A stretch of DNA of 64,000 bases from an uncultured Gemmatimonadota bacterium (GTDB lineage Bacteria > JAAXHH01): assembly GCA_951812955.1 (NCBI GenBank), contig OX638340.1, positions 3,136,001 through 3,200,000 of the forward strand. The letters are read 5' to 3'. Within the stretch, counting starts at the first letter, position 1; each line of letters opens with the position of its first letter. A model generated the notes under the pieces. It did not search any database, was not told the origin of the DNA, and saw nothing but the letters and a program-made list of their open reading frames with translations. Position numbers and translations under genes: made by a program. Shown in pieces: positions 37,046 through 46,306 of the stretch.

Positions 37046-39022
37046 CTATCCCGGAGATCCTTCTACCGTCCACGCGATGACCTGGCGCATTTCCGCAGCG
37101 GTACGCTGGGCTCTGAGCCGGTCCATCGCATCCGCCGCGCGGTAGGCATCTTCTATTTCATCGGTTTGAAATGCAGATCCGGTATTGTGCAGATACAACT
37201 CGGCGGGAGTCGCGAGCGCCGCCGCGGCGGCCAGTCCACCAAGCCGGCGCAAAACGGGTATGAACAGTTTCGCCTCGTACTCCGCATCGCTGTCCGTATC
37301 GAATCGGTCGACGTCGATCACGGCCCTGGTGATCTGCGGACACAGCCCGCAGGCCAGCAGGCACCACGGTCCGGCCGCGCCGATGCCGACCAGGGATACC
37401 GACGGAAATGCGCTCTCACGCCTGAGCCAGGCCACGGCCGTAAGGATATCCTGCACCCGGTTGGCGGTCGGTGTATGATTGTACGTTGAGAAGTAGGCAT
37501 GTTCCCCTGAATCCAACGCACCTTCCGCCATACCCGTGAGAAACACATCCACGACGAGTACCAGCCGGCCCTTTCCCAGGAGATGCTGAATCAACAGTCC
37601 GGGATCCCGTCCATTCTGCTGCGTCAGGGCCGATGCACCGCCGGGATGGACGACGAGGACGGCGCTCCTGGCGCTGCCCTCCGGCAGAAACGCGGTATAG
37701 GGCACCCGGTCGCCGTGATGCCTTCGTCCCATATACCCGGAGTGGATGGTACAGGCGTCGGCCTGGTGCTTACCTCGAGGCGCCACGACCAGGTCGTCAT
37801 CGGACCTGGCGGGCGATCCGATGATCGACCGGAAGCCGGTTGACATGATCTGCCGGAATCTGCGCAGCGACTTGGCGTCGGCAGGTTTCATCTGGTCGAG
37901 CTTTTTTCGAGTCCGTTCGATCCAGCCGCTCGTCAATCCGTCTTCGTCGACCCAGGGATCGGGTTCGTCGCCGGGCGTAACGGCCAACATCCTTTCCGGG
38001 GGCTCTAATTCGACAGGCCTGTCTGAGAATCGACCGCCGACTTCCTCCCCCAGCATCCACTTGCCGAACCAGGCGTACACGGCCTCCCGGCTCGCGGCAT
38101 TGTAATTGTGGCCCGCGTCGATCTGCACTTCCGCCAGGCAATCCTCGGCGCTGTAAAGCGCATAGACCGCCCGGATGGCCGGGTACTCCAGCACTGGCGT
38201 ATTCACCGTCCAGTCTCCGGTTGCGGACACCAGCAGCAGGGGCCGCGGCGCGGCCAGGGCGGCAATCTCCATGTTGTTCGTCTCGATGCGCAGATTGGGA
38301 CCATTCTCGCAGATGCATCCGCCCTGCATGTGCCCTGAGATCATGTTGACGGGTGCGGCAGCATGCACCCGGTCGTCGACCGCGGTGAGCATGAAGGTCT
38401 GCGTGCCGCCGCCGGAGGCCCCGGTACAGGCGATACGGCTGTTGTCCACGTCCGGAAGCGACTGGAGGAAATCGATGGAACGCATGCCGTTCCAGAGCTG
38501 CAGCCCCATGAGGCTGAGTCCCCAGAGCAGCTTCCGGTTGTCCCCGAATGTCCGGTGCGCCAGTTGCGTGCTGTCGTTGTAGCCGGCCATGGACCAGGCG
38601 AAGGCCACGTACCCCTGCCGGGCGAAGTTGATGCACCGCGCGGGTATCGAACCGTCGGGCTCGTGGTTGACGCGTCCTTCCTGCCAGTGTCCATGGGGAT
38701 TGAGTATGGCAGGATGGGGACCGTCGGTTTCGGCGGGACGGTACAGGTTTCCGGTCACGTAGAAGCCGGGCAGGCTATCAAAATGGACGTTTTCGATGCT
38801 GTAGCCGTCCCGCTCGACCCGGTGGGAGATCCGGGCGTTCAGCGGACACTTCGCGGGGCTCGGCCAGAGTCCCATGCTGACCAGTATATGCTCCTTGAGC
38901 GCCCGGGCCCGTTTCTCCCAGGCCTCCTTCGTGGCCGGCGCGACGAATTCACACGGGAGATCAAGGTGCCGTATTTCCGTCCTGCGTCGGTCTACGGACG
39001 GCAGGGGATCGTAGCTGTACAT
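37046..39022 (-). CDS. alpha/beta hydrolase, acetyl-xylan-esterase/dienelactone-hydrolase-like, two-domain
   Basis: GxSxG nucleophile elbow CTGASGGGTQT. Conserved HGHW segment. Confidence 0.6.
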   Translation of the reverse strand: MYSYDPLPSVDRRRTEIRHLDLPCEFVAPATKEAWEKRARALKEHILVSMGLWPSPAKCPLNARISHRVERDGYSIENVHFDSLPGFYVTGNLYRPAETDGPHPAILNPHGHWQEGRVNHEPDGSIPARCINFARQGYVAFAWSMAGYNDSTQLAHRTFGDNRKLLWGLSLMGLQLWNGMRSIDFLQSLPDVDNSRIACTGASGGGTQTFMLTAVDDRVHAAAPVNMISGHMQGGCICENGPNLRIETNNMEIAALAAPRPLLLVSATGDWTVNTPVLEYPAIRAVYALYSAEDCLAEVQIDAGHNYNAASREAVYAWFGKWMLGEEVGGRFSDRPVELEPPERMLAVTPGDEPDPWVDEDGLTSGWIERTRKKLDQMKPADAKSLRRFRQIMSTGFRSIIGSPARSDDDLVVAPRGKHQADACTIHSGYMGRRHHGDRVPYTAFLPEGSARSAVLVVHPGGASALTQQNGRDPGLLIQHLLGKGRLVLVVDVFLTGMAEGALDSGEHAYFSTYNHTPTANRVQDILTAVAWLRRESAFPSVSLVGIGAAGPWCLLACGLCPQITRAVIDVDRFDTDSDAEYEAKLFIPVLRRLGGLAAAAALATPAELYLHNTGSAFQTDEIEDAYRAADAMDRLRAQRTAAEMRQVIAWTVEGSPG

Positions 39023-39060
39023 AGAAGGCTCCGAAGCGTTGACGTCAAGCGGTGTGCAGT

Positions 39061-39137
39061 GATGGTGCGCGACTTAGCTGATGCGCCGCGACGGCTGTGA
39101 TCGTCGCGATGGTGCGCGACTTAGCTGATGCGCCGCG
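39061..39137. repeat. two 30-bp direct repeats (period 47 bp) plus a degenerate third copy at ~39196..39219
   Basis: ATGGTGCGCGACTTAGCTGATGCGCCGCGA x2 in the intergenic region between two minus-strand genes. Confidence 0.6.
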
Positions 39138-39226
39138 ATTTTGCGCGACGACGATGGCCGCGATTGGCGGTAATGGTAAGCCGCAATGATGCTTCACGAT
39201 GGTGCACAACTGAGCTCGAGATCGGC

Positions 39227-40156
39227 TCAGGGTATGTGCCAGGGCCTGCCCGGCCGCTGGTATTCGGTTCCGGCGGTTGGCAGGAACTGGCGAAGATGAC
39301 GGCAGCCCAGGGCAAATCCGGCCAATCCGGGCATGCCGCGGTCCTCGTTCTCGACACAGAGCACGTAGTCATAACCCGACTCGACCAGCGCGCCGACGAC
39401 GGTCCCCCAGTTAAGCTGTCCCCGGCCCGGCACCCGGTACTGCCACCACCAGTTTCCGATGATGCCCTGCCGGAACAGCATGTGTTTGCTCACCTCGGCG
39501 TCCTTCACGTCCGCGTAGACCCATTTGCCCGCGAACATGCGGATGGCGTCCTCGGCGGGCAGGATCATCATCCACAGCCAGTGGGAGGGGTCGCAGGAAA
39601 GACCGAGATGGTCAGAGGGGACGGCGTCCAGGACTCGTTCCCACATCTCCGGGTTGCAGGCGATGTTGCCCATGCGCACGGCGCCGTCCAGGGCGATGGT
39701 GACGCCGTGGTCCTCGGCCAGCTTCACGATGGGCTCGTACCGTCGCTGAAAACGGTCAACCAGCTCCTGCGAACGGTCTGCCGGGTTGCCGGGAGGAGAA
39801 GAGAACTGGCCATAGAAATGCCAGCCCACGGGACTGCCGGCGTGGGTGACGACCACCGGCGCACCCAGGGCCGAGGCCGCCAGGATGGCCTTGCGCAACC
39901 GTTCTTCCGCGGCGTCTGCCTGTTCCGTGTCGTCGTCCAGAAGGTTGTTGTGGGCCGACAGCGCGGCTAGGTAGATTCCGTGATGCTCGAGGGTGCCGTT
40001 GACTTCGTCGGGGCCCTCGGCAAGGATGCGGTCCGGATCGACGGAGCCGCCGGCAGAGAGCCGCACCGAGTCGAAGCCGTTCGCCTTCGCCCACCGGGCG
40101 CATTCATCAAGCGGCCACGCATCGCCTCCAGCGCTTGTGAAAAAACTGAGGTCCAT
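39227..40156 (-). CDS. sugar phosphate isomerase/epimerase (xylose-isomerase-like TIM barrel)
   Basis: Family-typical motifs (HGIYLAALSAHNN, VVVTHAG, WVYADVKD). ATG at 40156. Confidence 0.7.
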   Translation of the reverse strand: MDLSFFTSAGGDAWPLDECARWAKANGFDSVRLSAGGSVDPDRILAEGPDEVNGTLEHHGIYLAALSAHNNLLDDDTEQADAAEERLRKAILAASALGAPVVVTHAGSPVGWHFYGQFSSPPGNPADRSQELVDRFQRRYEPIVKLAEDHGVTIALDGAVRMGNIACNPEMWERVLDAVPSDHLGLSCDPSHWLWMMILPAEDAIRMFAGKWVYADVKDAEVSKHMLFRQGIIGNWWWQYRVPGRGQLNWGTVVGALVESGYDYVLCVENEDRGMPGLAGFALGCRHLRQFLPTAGTEYQRPGRPWHIP

Positions 40157-40170
40157 GGGCACATTCCGTG

Positions 40171-40482
40171 CTAAGCGTTGTCGGGCAGTCTATTCATCCG
40201 GACGTACCAGGCGCCCGATTGCGGTTTCCGGAACTTGTCCCCAATATCATGGAGCGCTACTTCGTCCGAATCAAGGACCGCCTGCAGCGCCGCCCTCCAG
40301 TCCACGGCGCCCCGATTCTTCCGGTAACGGACGTTGAGCAGCTTGCCCTTGCGTCCCTCTGCAGGGGTGAGACCCAGCAACACCCTCCGCGCCTCTTCGA
40401 GATCGGCCTCGGCGGCCTCAAGTTTTTTCAGGCATTGCACGTAGTCGAACTCGGCACGCTCCCACTCGTCCCTGAAATCCAT
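40171..40482 (-). CDS. hypothetical small protein
   Basis: 103-aa ORF from an internal ATG. Coiled-coil-like composition. Overlaps an equally plausible plus-strand ORF. Confidence 0.3.
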   Translation of the reverse strand: MDFRDEWERAEFDYVQCLKKLEAAEADLEEARRVLLGLTPAEGRKGKLLNVRYRKNRGAVDWRAALQAVLDSDEVALHDIGDKFRKPQSGAWYVRMNRLPDNA

Positions 40483-40544
40483 GAATGTTGGTCCTTGTGT
40501 TCCTGTTCTGAAATCGTTAAAGGCCTTATCCCGTGTCGCCGCGT

Positions 40545-40901
40545 CTAAGCCGTTCCGTACCGGTCCGTCGGCGTCTTGACCAGTTTCAGCGAGGGGACGT
40601 ACCCTTCCTGCTCGATGTAGTAATGGGCGTGCTCGTGGCACCCGGGCGGCTTGGTCCCGTCGAAGACGCTGATGGTGAAGTCGTCGCTGTTCGGACCGTC
40701 GCTACCGTGTTCGAAACCCGCGGGGATCATCCAGACGTCTCCCGCTTCCAGCACGAAATCCTCCCGGTTGCCGTCGTGATCGATCCAGAAACCCGTCCCG
40801 CTTCCTTTCAGGATCAACCAGGTCTCGTCGTGGTCGTGGAAGTGCTTCTCGCACGTGGGCAGGGCAAAGCCGCCATGTAAAAGGGCCTTGTGGTGGGCCA
40901 T
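40545..40901 (-). CDS. cupin domain protein
   Basis: Cupin motifs HFHDHDETWLILKG and GDVWMIPAGFEH. Confidence 0.65.
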   Translation of the reverse strand: MAHHKALLHGGFALPTCEKHFHDHDETWLILKGSGTGFWIDHDGNREDFVLEAGDVWMIPAGFEHGSDGPNSDDFTISVFDGTKPPGCHEHAHYYIEQEGYVPSLKLVKTPTDRYGTA

Positions 40902-41214
40902 CGGGGTTCCTTTCGGTTTCTCGTGGGGATGCGATAAACAAACATATCGTCGAATACCGTGGCTAACCTTATACCTTTACAAGAGTGTATTATAAGACCG
41001 CCTGAACGATACATCAAGGATCAATAGGAACATGTGTGATTGCTCGTTTGTGGGTTGAAGCGAACTGTGAGATTTGGTATATTGCGGGGATCGGATTCCA
41101 GATCATACGTCTGGACGGTTTGTCCTGATTTGTTGTAGTTCACTTTCCAGTTACATGAGGAGGCATGAACACACGGCATACCGCTGATTAGTAGCAGTTC
41201 GTGCCATTTCCCTT

Positions 41215-42189
41215 TTGTTAGCGGTACAAAAGATTACCTGCTGCATTAATACTGAAGTAAGGCAACTTATCTGTGAGGTGTTTGTGGACGAGTATTCCAA
41301 TTTAATCAAAGCAATCGCTACATTTCTGTGGCCATCTCTTACTTTTGTTGTCGTTCTCATCTTCAGAAGAGAGATTGGAGATGCAATTGAGCGCCTCAAA
41401 AAAGGCAAGTTGTTTGGTCAGGAGGTAGAGCTTCATAATAACCTAGAAACATTACATCAGTCAGTATCTCGGGCATCGGACGAGGTTGCGTCACTGCCGA
41501 AGCCGAAAGAACTGGAAAACGAAGACGATGGCCAGCACAGGGATAAAGAAGACGACGAAGTGATTCGTTCAGTTATACATGAAGCGTCGCATTCTCCTAA
41601 GGCGGCATTGATGATTTTGGCTGCCGAGATAGAAAAGGAAGCCAGGTTAATTCTTGCTAGTGTCGGCAAGATAGATGGACGGTCGCACATTCCAATAACT
41701 CAGGCCATTCGTGTCTTGGATTCACACTATGGACTACCGCGTTTTCTTTCCAGCAGCCTGAACCTATTTTGGGACACTCGCAACAAGTTAATCCATGGCA
41801 GAGACACCGAAGACGGGAATGTCCTCAGTGCGCTTGATTCTGGTATTACGATTTTGAAATCGCTGCAAGCCCTTCCAAGGCAGCTAAACATCGTTTACAA
41901 AACGGGGGTACCAATCTACTCAGATCCAGATTGCCAACACGAGATTACCAATGCGACTGGAGTGATTCTAGAAAGTCGATCCAATGAATATGCGCAGTTT
42001 TGTTACAGGATTTTCCCTACAACTCGTTCACATTTTGAGGAGGGTAGATCAGTAGCCTGGGAATGGAATATGAACGATATTTGGCAAGACGCTTGGTACC
42101 GAGATCCTCTAGAACCTGGGGGAGCGATTAAACTTGCCTGGAATTCTTCCGCAGAATTTATAGGCCGTCATTTAGACGACCTTGGATAA
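41215..42189 (+). CDS. membrane-anchored protein with C-terminal HEPN-like domain (Rx4H), Abi-like
   Basis: N-terminal TM helix IATFLWPSLTFVVVLIF. Helical domain with FWDTRNKLIHG (R-x4-H). Low-GC, at the island edge. Confidence 0.45.
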   Translation: MLAVQKITCCINTEVRQLICEVFVDEYSNLIKAIATFLWPSLTFVVVLIFRREIGDAIERLKKGKLFGQEVELHNNLETLHQSVSRASDEVASLPKPKELENEDDGQHRDKEDDEVIRSVIHEASHSPKAALMILAAEIEKEARLILASVGKIDGRSHIPITQAIRVLDSHYGLPRFLSSSLNLFWDTRNKLIHGRDTEDGNVLSALDSGITILKSLQALPRQLNIVYKTGVPIYSDPDCQHEITNATGVILESRSNEYAQFCYRIFPTTRSHFEEGRSVAWEWNMNDIWQDAWYRDPLEPGGAIKLAWNSSAEFIGRHLDDLG

Positions 42190-42658
42190 CTTGCTTAGTT
42201 TCACAAACAAGAAAATCCTCTGGTGCAGACTGAACCTCTGCCGGTCATAATGGGTTTGGTATACTGAGATTGAAACCCCGGTACACCGTTGAAAACCGTT
42301 CCTTTACGTATTTCGTGTTTAACTTGTTATATGTACGATTTAGGCATGTATTTGGAATGTTAATAAGTTAGCTGGTAGTCCTTCGAATCGGTATGTCAGA
42401 ATATACCATACATCCTTGCCAAAGTTGTTAATAAGTATTGTCTGTGTGGCAGTATAATTCAGTTTAAGGCGGCGTATCCACCAATAGCCTTACATTGCCG
42501 TGAAAAACAGGCTCATAAATTACGGATCAAGATTAAGAGGTATTCGGTTTTGAAGCTATAGTGAACTGATTGATATGAACGAAATTCGCATAGGTAAAGC
42601 AGATTACCGGAAGCAGTCATCAGAATAGGTTTACTACTACACAACGACTGTAGAATGA

Positions 42659-43378
42659 ATGGATTCGACGGGTCAATCGGACTGGTTAATGGCAAAATTG
42701 GACGCACACTACAAGGGACACCGTAGCCGACTCCGTGAGCGGTTCCAAAAGAGTGGATTTGGTGGATTCGCTGAGCACGAGGTCATTGAGTTACTGTTGA
42801 CGATGGCCATGACCCGTTCGGACGTAAAACCACAGGCCAAGATGTTGCTTGAGCGTTTTGGCAGTCTGCGAGGCATTTTGGATGCACCAGTATCCGAACT
42901 GCAGTCGGTAAAGGGAATTGGTGAGATTTCAGCCATACTACTGAAAGTTATCCGTGAATCGGCGACGATGTATTTATTGGAAGCATCAAAAGAAACAGAA
43001 GTCCTCAGCGATCCGGAGCGGCTCAGCAATTTCTGGCGCATGCGAATCGGCCATCTTAAGAACGAAGTGTTCGCTGTCGCTTACCTTGATTCAGCTTATC
43101 GGTTGTTGCGTAATGGCGTAGAAACGCTTCAGGAAGGTACGATAGACCGTGCAGCGGTGTACCCGCGCCGCGTCGTGGAGGCGGCACTTAATCGCCAGGC
43201 GGCGGCCCTCGTGCTCGCGCACAACCATCCGAACGGCGATGTCGAGCCGAGCGAACAGGACAAGATGATAACACGCGCCGTCACGCTTGCAGCCGAAACC
43301 ATCAGCATACGAGTCGTCGATCATCTAATAGTGTCGGCCTCGGAGACTTTCAGTTTCAGAAAAGCGGGACTGCTATGA
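42659..43378 (+). CDS. radC: RadC-like JAB/MPN domain protein
   Basis: JAMM motif LAHNHPNGD, ExnS region. N-terminal HhH-like segment (GIGEISAILL). Confidence 0.8.
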   Translation: MDSTGQSDWLMAKLDAHYKGHRSRLRERFQKSGFGGFAEHEVIELLLTMAMTRSDVKPQAKMLLERFGSLRGILDAPVSELQSVKGIGEISAILLKVIRESATMYLLEASKETEVLSDPERLSNFWRMRIGHLKNEVFAVAYLDSAYRLLRNGVETLQEGTIDRAAVYPRRVVEAALNRQAAALVLAHNHPNGDVEPSEQDKMITRAVTLAAETISIRVVDHLIVSASETFSFRKAGLL

Positions 43379-46239
43379 GTATCGCGCCAGCGATCCAGAA
43401 GCACTTTCCTGAGCTTATCTACAGCCAGAGGGAGGTCGTCGGCCATCTCGACGGACCGTTGCTGGTGATTGCGGGACCGGGATCGGGCAAGACTTTCAGC
43501 ATTGTCCTGAGGGCCTTGAATCTTATGTTGCTGGAGAAGGCCGAGCCAAATGAGATTCTGCTCTGCACCTTTACCGAAAAAGCTGCCTACGAGATGCGGG
43601 ACCGATTGACTGCAGCGGCCCGTAAAGTGGCGTACACGGGTGACCTTTCCGAACTGAAGGTCTCGACCATACACGGCTTCTGCCACCGGATGCTCGCCCA
43701 ACACCGGCACAAGACTGAACTCGGGCACAACTACGAAACGCTCGACGAATTGACACAACTTCTCTTCATATTCGAGCACTTCGACGAGATCATCGGTCCG
43801 CCTATCGACGACCGTTTTCTCACTCGCTGGAAAACGCGTTGGACAGCCATTGAAGGCGTGCGTGGCTATTTTGACAAGATCACGGAAGAATTGGTAGACT
43901 CTCGCTGCCTTACGGCATCCTCCGACCCATTTTTGTCGGTGATTGGTACTGCGTATCAACACTACGAACAAGCCCTGCAAGTGGCCAACAGGATTGACTT
44001 TGCCCACCTGCAGAGAACCGTATACGGCCTGCTGGACAACTCTACGGACACCGCTGCCATTTCCACCGACGTGCGCTATCTGCTGGTAGACGAGTATCAG
44101 GACACGAACTACATACAAGAGCGGATTCTCCTGAAGTTGGCCGAACCGGGCAACAACTTATGCGTCGTAGGGGATGAGGATCAAAGCCTCTACCGTTTCA
44201 GGGGCGCGACTGTCCGTAACATCCTGGAGTTCGCACAGCACTTTCAGGAATGCAGGATCGCCAGGTTGACAACAAACTACCGGTCTCACCGCTCAATTGT
44301 AGAGCGCTACGACCATTGGATGGAGTCGGCTGACTGGTCCGATCCAGCGGGAGGTTCATACCGACACGAGAAAACCATCGTTGCTGATCCCATGGCGCAA
44401 CATCCTGACTATCCCTCTGTCATAAGCATTTGGGGAAGGAACAGGCACGATGAAGCCGACCGGTTCGCCGATCTCGTCGAGTTCCTTAAAGAGAGCGAGG
44501 TAATAGTAGATTACAGTCAGATCGCATTGTTGCTGCACAGCGTGCGCGAACAACACAGCGGCCCTTATCTGGAGGCGTTGCGGCGCAGGGGCATCCCCGC
44601 GTTCTGTCCTCGGGCGCGCGTCTTCTTCCATATACCGGAGATTCGCTATCTGATCGCCTGTTATGCCATTTTGTTCGGCTGGTACGGCGACCGGCGCGGT
44701 GATCTCATAGGCGTCGTGAAGCAACTTGCTGAGTACGTGGACGAGGCCATTATCGACTTAAGCAAGCGCTTCGTGTCCACCGACCCGCTCGCGGAGAGAC
44801 TTCAGAGTTGGACCGGCGAGATCGCGGCGCTTCAGGAAGAAGAGACGCTCGACCTGCGGCCGGCCGATTATTTCTATAGACTGATCGCACTTGATCCATT
44901 CCGGAAGGCTGTCCGAAACGAAAACACCGCACGCAACTTAGCCATTTTCTCCGAACTTCTGACCATTTTTCAAAGCTATTATCATTTTCCGGTCATTACG
45001 TACAGGAATCGCGAGTACATCCGATTTCACTTCTTCAACAGCTTCTTGCGATTTCTCCACGCTGGCGGAATCAACGAGTACGAGGATCCGGACAAGCCGT
45101 TCCCTCGGGGCCACGTGCAGGTGATGACTGTCCATCAGGCCAAGGGCCTTGAGTTCCCTGTAGTCGTTGTCGGGTCCCTTTCGGTGTCTTTAAGCAGCCC
45201 CAAGCAAATCGATCGCAACCTTATGCCATTCTATCACCGCCCGCCCTTCGAGCCGGAGGACCGGATCACGCTCTTCGACCGCATGCGGTTGCACTACGTA
45301 GCGTTTTCACGACCGGAAAGACTGCTGGTACTTACCGCGCACGAACAACCGAAAGACTACTTCTCACCCATTTGGCAAGGGCTTCCCCAGTGGCCGTACA
45401 TCCCTAAGGAAACGCTGGCCAGCCAATCCTTCGAGCGACACGAGCGTATGCCGATCAAAAAGACGTATAACTTTACGGGTGATCTCAAGGTTTACGAAAC
45501 ATGCCCTCGCCAATATCAGTTCTTCCGCGAATACGGCTTTGCACCCTCCCGTTCCGCGGAGATGTTCTTTGGACTGCTCGTACATCAGTCTATCGAGGAA
45601 ATCCACCGTATCGCCCTTGACGGCCTAATCCATACGCTGGACGACGCGCGTGTCGGCGAGTTGTTTGAAAGAACTTACCAGTTTCTAAATCTCACCGATA
45701 GGCGTCCCATTGGCGATAGAGCGAAGGAGTTGGCTTTAAAGCAGGTATTGAACTATTATCGACAGAACCAGGATGGATTGAATCGGATCATCGAGACGGA
45801 GGTGGATGTATCGCTGGAGAAAGACGGGTACATACTCGCAGGAAAGGTCGATCTTCTTCTCGGCGACGACGGCAAGTTGGAACTATTGGATTTCAAAACC
45901 TCGCCGCGTCCGGCAAGCACGCCCGAACTAATCGCCGCATACGGAAGACAACTCTGCACCTATGCGCATATACTGGAGCAACGGCACGAAAAACATGTGG
46001 ACCGGTTGCTACTGTATTGGACAGCAGAGAAATCACGGGACCAGGCGCTCATGGTCCTGCCGTTACGCCCGGAATCGATAGAGGAAGCGGGCCGATACTT
46101 CGACGAGACCGTAAAACGGATTCAGACAGGTAAATTCGTGGTAAACACACCTCCCGAAGCGAAAGTCTGCCAGGAATGCGACCTGCAGATGCTGTGTCAC
46201 GCGGACGGTGTTATAGAATGGGCGGAGGCAGTCGCTTGA
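43375..46239 (+). CDS. UvrD/PcrA-family SF1 helicase fused to a C-terminal Cas4/AddB-like PD-(D/E)xK nuclease with a 4-Cys cluster
   Basis: Walker A AGPGSGKTFSIV. UvrD motifs (LLVDEYQDTN, VMTVHQAKGLEF). C-terminal C-x5-Y..D..GKVDLL..LELLDFKT and CQECDLQMLC. ATGA overlap with radC. Confidence 0.8.
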   Translation: MSIAPAIQKHFPELIYSQREVVGHLDGPLLVIAGPGSGKTFSIVLRALNLMLLEKAEPNEILLCTFTEKAAYEMRDRLTAAARKVAYTGDLSELKVSTIHGFCHRMLAQHRHKTELGHNYETLDELTQLLFIFEHFDEIIGPPIDDRFLTRWKTRWTAIEGVRGYFDKITEELVDSRCLTASSDPFLSVIGTAYQHYEQALQVANRIDFAHLQRTVYGLLDNSTDTAAISTDVRYLLVDEYQDTNYIQERILLKLAEPGNNLCVVGDEDQSLYRFRGATVRNILEFAQHFQECRIARLTTNYRSHRSIVERYDHWMESADWSDPAGGSYRHEKTIVADPMAQHPDYPSVISIWGRNRHDEADRFADLVEFLKESEVIVDYSQIALLLHSVREQHSGPYLEALRRRGIPAFCPRARVFFHIPEIRYLIACYAILFGWYGDRRGDLIGVVKQLAEYVDEAIIDLSKRFVSTDPLAERLQSWTGEIAALQEEETLDLRPADYFYRLIALDPFRKAVRNENTARNLAIFSELLTIFQSYYHFPVITYRNREYIRFHFFNSFLRFLHAGGINEYEDPDKPFPRGHVQVMTVHQAKGLEFPVVVVGSLSVSLSSPKQIDRNLMPFYHRPPFEPEDRITLFDRMRLHYVAFSRPERLLVLTAHEQPKDYFSPIWQGLPQWPYIPKETLASQSFERHERMPIKKTYNFTGDLKVYETCPRQYQFFREYGFAPSRSAEMFFGLLVHQSIEEIHRIALDGLIHTLDDARVGELFERTYQFLNLTDRRPIGDRAKELALKQVLNYYRQNQDGLNRIIETEVDVSLEKDGYILAGKVDLLLGDDGKLELLDFKTSPRPASTPELIAAYGRQLCTYAHILEQRHEKHVDRLLLYWTAEKSRDQALMVLPLRPESIEEAGRYFDETVKRIQTGKFVVNTPPEAKVCQECDLQMLCHADGVIEWAEAVA

Positions 46240-46306
46240 TGTCCAAGGAATTCTTTATTCTCATCCAAAATCGGATGATGTTTGGCAAACCAAAAGGAAC
46301 CTGAAA

